From a bacterium (GTDB lineage Bacteria; Zhuqueibacterota; Zhuqueibacteria; Residuimicrobiales; Krinioviventaceae): a stretch of DNA of 64,000 nt. The notes below the pieces were generated by a model. The model saw only the letters and a program-made list of their open reading frames with translations. It searched no databases and was not told the DNA's origin. A program made the position numbers and the translations under genes. Shown piece by piece: positions 59,770-64,000 of the stretch. Position 1 is the first letter of the stretch; every line of letters begins with the position of its first letter. Location: positions 1,664,001 through 1,728,000 of the forward strand of contig CAXXMD010000002.1 of assembly GCA_963675755.2 (NCBI GenBank). Direction: 5' to 3'.

Positions 59770-59926
59770 GTCACCAACCTCGTATTCAAATGAAAAAACA
59801 AAGTAATGGTTTTAGCATTATAATTCAAGTGCAATTCAAATAAAATATTCAATTTTAATTAAATTGAAACCTTTTTTAGCAGTGATCGTACTAGTTCTAT
59901 AAAGCAACTAATACACAGGATTATAA

Positions 59927-60772
59927 ATGAAAGAAACTGAAATCGCAAATCTGGTCCAATTCGGGTTAACCAAACTGGAAGCCGAGATCTATTTGGTATT
60001 ACTGCAAAATCCCAATTCCACAGGATATCGAATAGCGCAAATTCTCAACAAGCCGGTTCCAAATACTTATAAAGCATTGAATTCACTGCAGGCAAAACAA
60101 CTCATACTTGCAGATTCAAGCCAAAAAACCCGTATCTATACGGCAGTTCCCATTGCCGAATATCTGGACTATAAGACAATCGAGTTTAATACAAAACGTC
60201 AGGAACTTGAAAAGCAGCTTGAACATTACAAAACGCCAACCGTAGAAGGCGGTATTTATCGGCTAGAAAACATACAGGATATTCTGTCCCGGGCCAGCAC
60301 ACTCATTACCAAAGCACAGGATATTTTGTTGATCGATATTTTTCCAGCCCTGCTTCCCCTATTGCGTGACGAGATTGAAAAAGTAGCGGCATCAGGCACC
60401 AGGGTGATGGTGAAAACGTATGAACCCACAGAAATCAAGAATTGCCTGGTCGTCAATAATAAAACAGATAGTCAGCTGGTTGAAAAATTTTATGGAGAGT
60501 GGCTCAACATTATTGCGGATGGGCGCGAATACCTGTTATCGTTTATCAATCTGAACAAAGAACGTGTTTATGAGGCTTTCTGGAGTAAAAACCTGTTTTT
60601 ATCGCTCATGATGCACAATGGTTTTTCCGATGAATTCATCTTTACCCAAATTCGCAGTATGATTGAAAATGGAACGGATTATAAAGAACTATTGGGTTAT
60701 CTGGACCACTATGATACCATCAAAACCAGCAGTACCCATGCATTCCATGACTTTATGGAACAATTTTCATAA
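59927..60772 (+). CDS. TrmB family transcriptional regulator
   Basis: GLTKLEAEIYLVLL...TGYRIA...NTYKAL wHTH plus C-terminal effector domain. Confidence 0.85.
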   Translation: MKETEIANLVQFGLTKLEAEIYLVLLQNPNSTGYRIAQILNKPVPNTYKALNSLQAKQLILADSSQKTRIYTAVPIAEYLDYKTIEFNTKRQELEKQLEHYKTPTVEGGIYRLENIQDILSRASTLITKAQDILLIDIFPALLPLLRDEIEKVAASGTRVMVKTYEPTEIKNCLVVNNKTDSQLVEKFYGEWLNIIADGREYLLSFINLNKERVYEAFWSKNLFLSLMMHNGFSDEFIFTQIRSMIENGTDYKELLGYLDHYDTIKTSSTHAFHDFMEQFS

Positions 60773-60796
60773 CCATTATCATTTGAGGAGGACACT

Positions 60797-62644
60797 TTGA
60801 AATTCAATTTAATCATTACATCTCTGATATTGTTTGTCATATCCCAAACCGGTATATCAAACCCAATGACCGATCCATTGCAGATTTTACAAAAACATTA
60901 CGAGGCTACCGGTGGATTGGAAAAGCATAAACAGGAAAAAACAACTTTTATGGAAGCCAAGCTATCTCTTGCAGGACTGGAAGGCACTGTGAAGCAATGG
61001 AACGAGATTCCCGGAAAAAGCAGACAGGAACTCGATCTTCAAATTTTGAAACAGGTTGAAGGAGATGACGGGAATACAAGTTGGATTGTGGATTCGAATG
61101 GCAAACTAAAAATTAATCGTGATAAAGCCACTTTGGAAAAGCGGGAAATATCACAGGCTATGGAACAAATGGAATTTATGGATCCCAATACTGAAATGTT
61201 TACACTGAAATTTGGAGGTATTGAACCGGTTGGAGGAACCGATTGCTATAAAATCACTATTTCAAATTCAATCAATAAAAATCTCAAAGTACGATACTAT
61301 AGCACAATAGACTTTTACGAGCTCAAATCCTGTGATTTTGAAAACAACTATGAAACCCAAACTCTATATTCAGATTTTAGAACTGTAAATGGATTAATCA
61401 AACCCTTTTTATACAATATCACAGAAGTGAATACTGGGCAAGAACAAAAAATAGAGGTAATGAACTGGGAATCCAATATGGAAATTGATCAATCCTTATT
61501 TCAGATCCCGGATCAAGATGTCAAAGACTTTGAATTCATCAAAGGCAACAGTTCAGAAAACATTCCTTTTAAATATATATACAATCATGTCTTTTTATAT
61601 GTAACCATTGATAATGATGTACAATTATGGGTTCTTGATAACGGCGCGGACGTGACCTGTATCAACCGCCAATACGCGGAAAGAATGGGTTGGGAGATCA
61701 GCGGAAATCTCAAGGGAGAAGGTGTAAACAATACCGTTGAATTTGGATTTTTAGAGATTCCTGAATACAGCATAAAAGGTATTCGATTAAAAAGTCAGAC
61801 AGTAGCAGCATTGGATTTTACGTTTATCGAAAAAGGTTTGGGAATCAAGCTGGCAGGAATTCTGGGCTATGATTTTCTCTCACGATTTGTTACCAAAATT
61901 GATTATGCCAACGAAACCCTATCGTTTTACGATCCCGATGCCTTTGAATATGCCGGAGACGGCAGCCAATTAGACGCACCTCTTTCCGGTAAAATGTTTA
62001 GCTTCCCTGCCACTGTTGATGGTAAATACACTGGCATATGGGGAGTTGATATTGGTTCAGGTTCTCTCTCCTTTCACTATCCCTTTGCCAGCGAGAACAA
62101 TCTGCTTGGTAAGGATGGCGTATTGTATATGGGCGGTGGTGCCGGTGGTGAAATGCAGGAAAAGCGTTCTAAATTTAAAACCCTCTCTTTTGCCGGTTTT
62201 ACCATCGATAATCCCTACATAGATCTGCCAACGGATTCATCAACAGGTGCATATGCCAACGATCGATTAATTGGCGAAATGGGTAATCCCTTATTTAGCA
62301 ACTTTATCTTTTATATGGATTATAAAAACCAGAGATTAATCTTTGAAAAAGGAGAAAATTTCAACAAACCGAAACCGGTTGATAAAAGCGGTATTCAACT
62401 CTATTACAATGATAACGATCAACTCTATATTCATTATCTTTCACCAAACTGTCCTGGTGAAAAAGCAGGATTTAAAAAAGGAGATATACTTCTCACAATT
62501 AATGATATAGGCATAGAGAGTTTTAACAAACTGGAAGCCATTCAAAAATTGTTTAAAAAACAGAGCGGTACAAAATATAAAATTAAAGTTCAGCGGGGGG
62601 ATAAAGAAAAAACGATAAAGCTCGAATTAAAGGATCTGTATTAA
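60797..62644 (+). CDS. Secreted protein: LolA-like domain + double retropepsin-like aspartyl protease + PDZ
   Basis: IL.KHYEATGG, VLDNGA, GILGYDFL, VDIGS, DY..QRL; C-terminal PGEKAGFKKGD PDZ. Confidence 0.8.
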   Translation: MKFNLIITSLILFVISQTGISNPMTDPLQILQKHYEATGGLEKHKQEKTTFMEAKLSLAGLEGTVKQWNEIPGKSRQELDLQILKQVEGDDGNTSWIVDSNGKLKINRDKATLEKREISQAMEQMEFMDPNTEMFTLKFGGIEPVGGTDCYKITISNSINKNLKVRYYSTIDFYELKSCDFENNYETQTLYSDFRTVNGLIKPFLYNITEVNTGQEQKIEVMNWESNMEIDQSLFQIPDQDVKDFEFIKGNSSENIPFKYIYNHVFLYVTIDNDVQLWVLDNGADVTCINRQYAERMGWEISGNLKGEGVNNTVEFGFLEIPEYSIKGIRLKSQTVAALDFTFIEKGLGIKLAGILGYDFLSRFVTKIDYANETLSFYDPDAFEYAGDGSQLDAPLSGKMFSFPATVDGKYTGIWGVDIGSGSLSFHYPFASENNLLGKDGVLYMGGGAGGEMQEKRSKFKTLSFAGFTIDNPYIDLPTDSSTGAYANDRLIGEMGNPLFSNFIFYMDYKNQRLIFEKGENFNKPKPVDKSGIQLYYNDNDQLYIHYLSPNCPGEKAGFKKGDILLTINDIGIESFNKLEAIQKLFKKQSGTKYKIKVQRGDKEKTIKLELKDLY

Positions 62645-62647
62645 TCC

Positions 62648-62683
62648 AAAAGGCTGCACAATATTTTTTGTGCAGCCTTTTTT
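62648..62683 (+). terminator. Intrinsic terminator
   Basis: aaaaggctgcacaa...ttgtgcagcctttttt. Confidence 0.88.
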
Positions 62684-62773
62684 CACATACAAAAAAAAGT
62701 AAAAAAAGCTTTTCCAAATTCAATTAATTGTTGTATAGTATTAAGATAAGGGAAGTCATAATTTGGGGCTTGT

Positions 62774-64000
62774 ATGCAAAAAATCAATCCTGCCAAGGCA
62801 GGAAAACGGAGATCGGCCAACATTAATGAAAACGGTTTGATCTGGGGTCTGGCAATTATAAAGCTGGCAATTATTCTAATTGCGGCTAATCATTATCACT
62901 ATAATCCTAAAGAGCTCTATTATCTGGCTTGCAGTCATAATCCAAGTTGGGGTTACGCAGATGTTCCTCCATTTTCAATCTTGTTATTATGGCTGGTCAG
63001 AAATACCATAGGTACATCTATTATTGCACTGCACATACTTCCCGCCCTAAGCGGAGCACTGACTGTTTTTATGATTGGTCAAATCACCCGTGAACTGGGT
63101 GGTAACCGATTTGCGATTACCCTTGCCTGCACGGCCTATATTCTTACTCCTTTATATTTATCGATTCACAGTTTTTTTTCTCCTGCTGCATTTGATGGTC
63201 TGTTTTATGTATTGGTTTTATATTTCTTTATCAAATCCATTCATACCGAAAATTATCTAAATTGGTTTCTTGTCGGATTTTTTATGGGGCTGGCAGTTTT
63301 GAACGCCTTTAGCAGTATGAGTCTGGTTCTGGGACTGTTTGCAGGTCTTTTTATTCTGAAAAAAAGAGCAGCATTTCGTCATAAAGAAGTATGGTACGCC
63401 GCTTTGCTTGTGATTTGCGCATTATTACCTCATATCACATGGCAGCTTGATCACAACCTGCCAATCAATCACTGGTTCAACAACCATTCTGTCTGGTCTT
63501 CATCAAACAACTCCTTGGCAGGATTTTTCAGCAAACAGTTTATATTCAACAATATATTTGTAATTCCGATATATATAGCAGGTATAATTGCGCCTTTTAA
63601 AAGCAAAGTACTAAAAGAATATTCAATTTTTCAATTTATATTCCTTACTGTTTTTGTACTTCACCTTGTTGCAGGAACGAATGATGGCACATCATTATTC
63701 TCTGCTTATCCCATGCTTTTAATCCCCGGTGCAATATATATGGAAGAAACACTGGTGGAAAATCTGGGCAATTCATTTAAACTGATTATATTACTACCCA
63801 TCATGTTATTTGGTTTGCTGCTGCTCCCCTTTTCCTCACCTGTCCTTCCAATTAATGGGTTAAAAATATACCAGCAAAAAATATCAGAATACATGCCCGT
63901 AATAACCCCATTATATATATCACATCATTCGCTTGAATATGGTGCGCAATTGGATACGGATTTAAAAACAAAAGCGATCCATTCGTTTATAAAAGAACAG
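62774..64000 (+). CDS. GT39/PMT_2-like membrane glycosyltransferase, apparently running off window end (not in ORF track)
   Basis: Manual translation of the first ~180 codons: MQKINPAK...IIKLAIILIAANHYHYNPKELYYLACSHNPSWGYADVPPFS...ITRELGGNRFA, with multiple TMs. The remainder was not translated by hand. Confidence 0.75.
   Translation, partial: MQKINPAKAGKRRSANINENGLIWGLAIIKLAIILIAANHYHYNPKELYYLACSHNPSWGYADVPPFSILLLWLVRNTIGTSIIALHILPALSGALTVFMIGQITRELGGNRFAITLACTAYILTPLYLSIHSFFSPAAFDGLFYVLVLYFFIKSIHTENYLNWFLVGFFMGLAVLNAFSSMSLVLGLFAGLFILKKRAAFRHKEVWYAALLVICALLPHITWQLDHNLPINHWFNNHSVWSSSNNSLAGFFSKQFIFNNIFVIPIYIAGIIAPFKSKVLKEYSIFQFIFLTVFVLHLVAGTNDGTSLFSAYPMLLIPGAIYMEETLVENLGNSFKLIILLPIMLFGLLLLPFSSPVLPINGLKIYQQKISEYMPVITPLYISHHSLEYGAQLDTDLKTKAIHSFIKEQ

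Overview
AT-rich bacterial chromosome segment. C-terminal NYPNPFN sorting/FlgD-Ig tails, GWxTD-type proteins and GT2-accA synteny suggest an FCB-related lineage such as KSB1 or Calditrichota; this is an inference. Left to right: a truncated HNH nuclease, accA, a GT2/sugar-transferase fusion, and two tandem TPR-GWxTD-like paralogs (one split by a single extra A). Next is a six-gene operon with a His-rich membrane protein, three secreted multiheme c cytochromes (20+25+10 = 55 CxxCH motifs by my count), a beta-barrel and a membrane-anchored Fe-S/FAD oxidoreductase, which is a candidate cytoplasm-to-surface electron conduit. Then come a secreted beta-propeller and an AraC/DUF1611/racemase/D-Ala-D-Ala dipeptidase cassette, both bordered by decayed copies of a repeat that forms a tandem pseudo-tRNA/terminator array behind tRNA-His and tRNA-Glu. 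After these: a CsgG-TPR/beta-barrel cluster, carbohydrate enzymes and signalling genes, a putative ManNAc-type exopolysaccharide operon (1656-aa hydrolase/deacetylase fusion, processive GT2, barrel, FG-GAP propeller, wecB), dCMP deaminase, TrmB, an aspartyl protease-PDZ protein and a truncated GT39-like gene. I found no integrase, transposase or CRISPR array.
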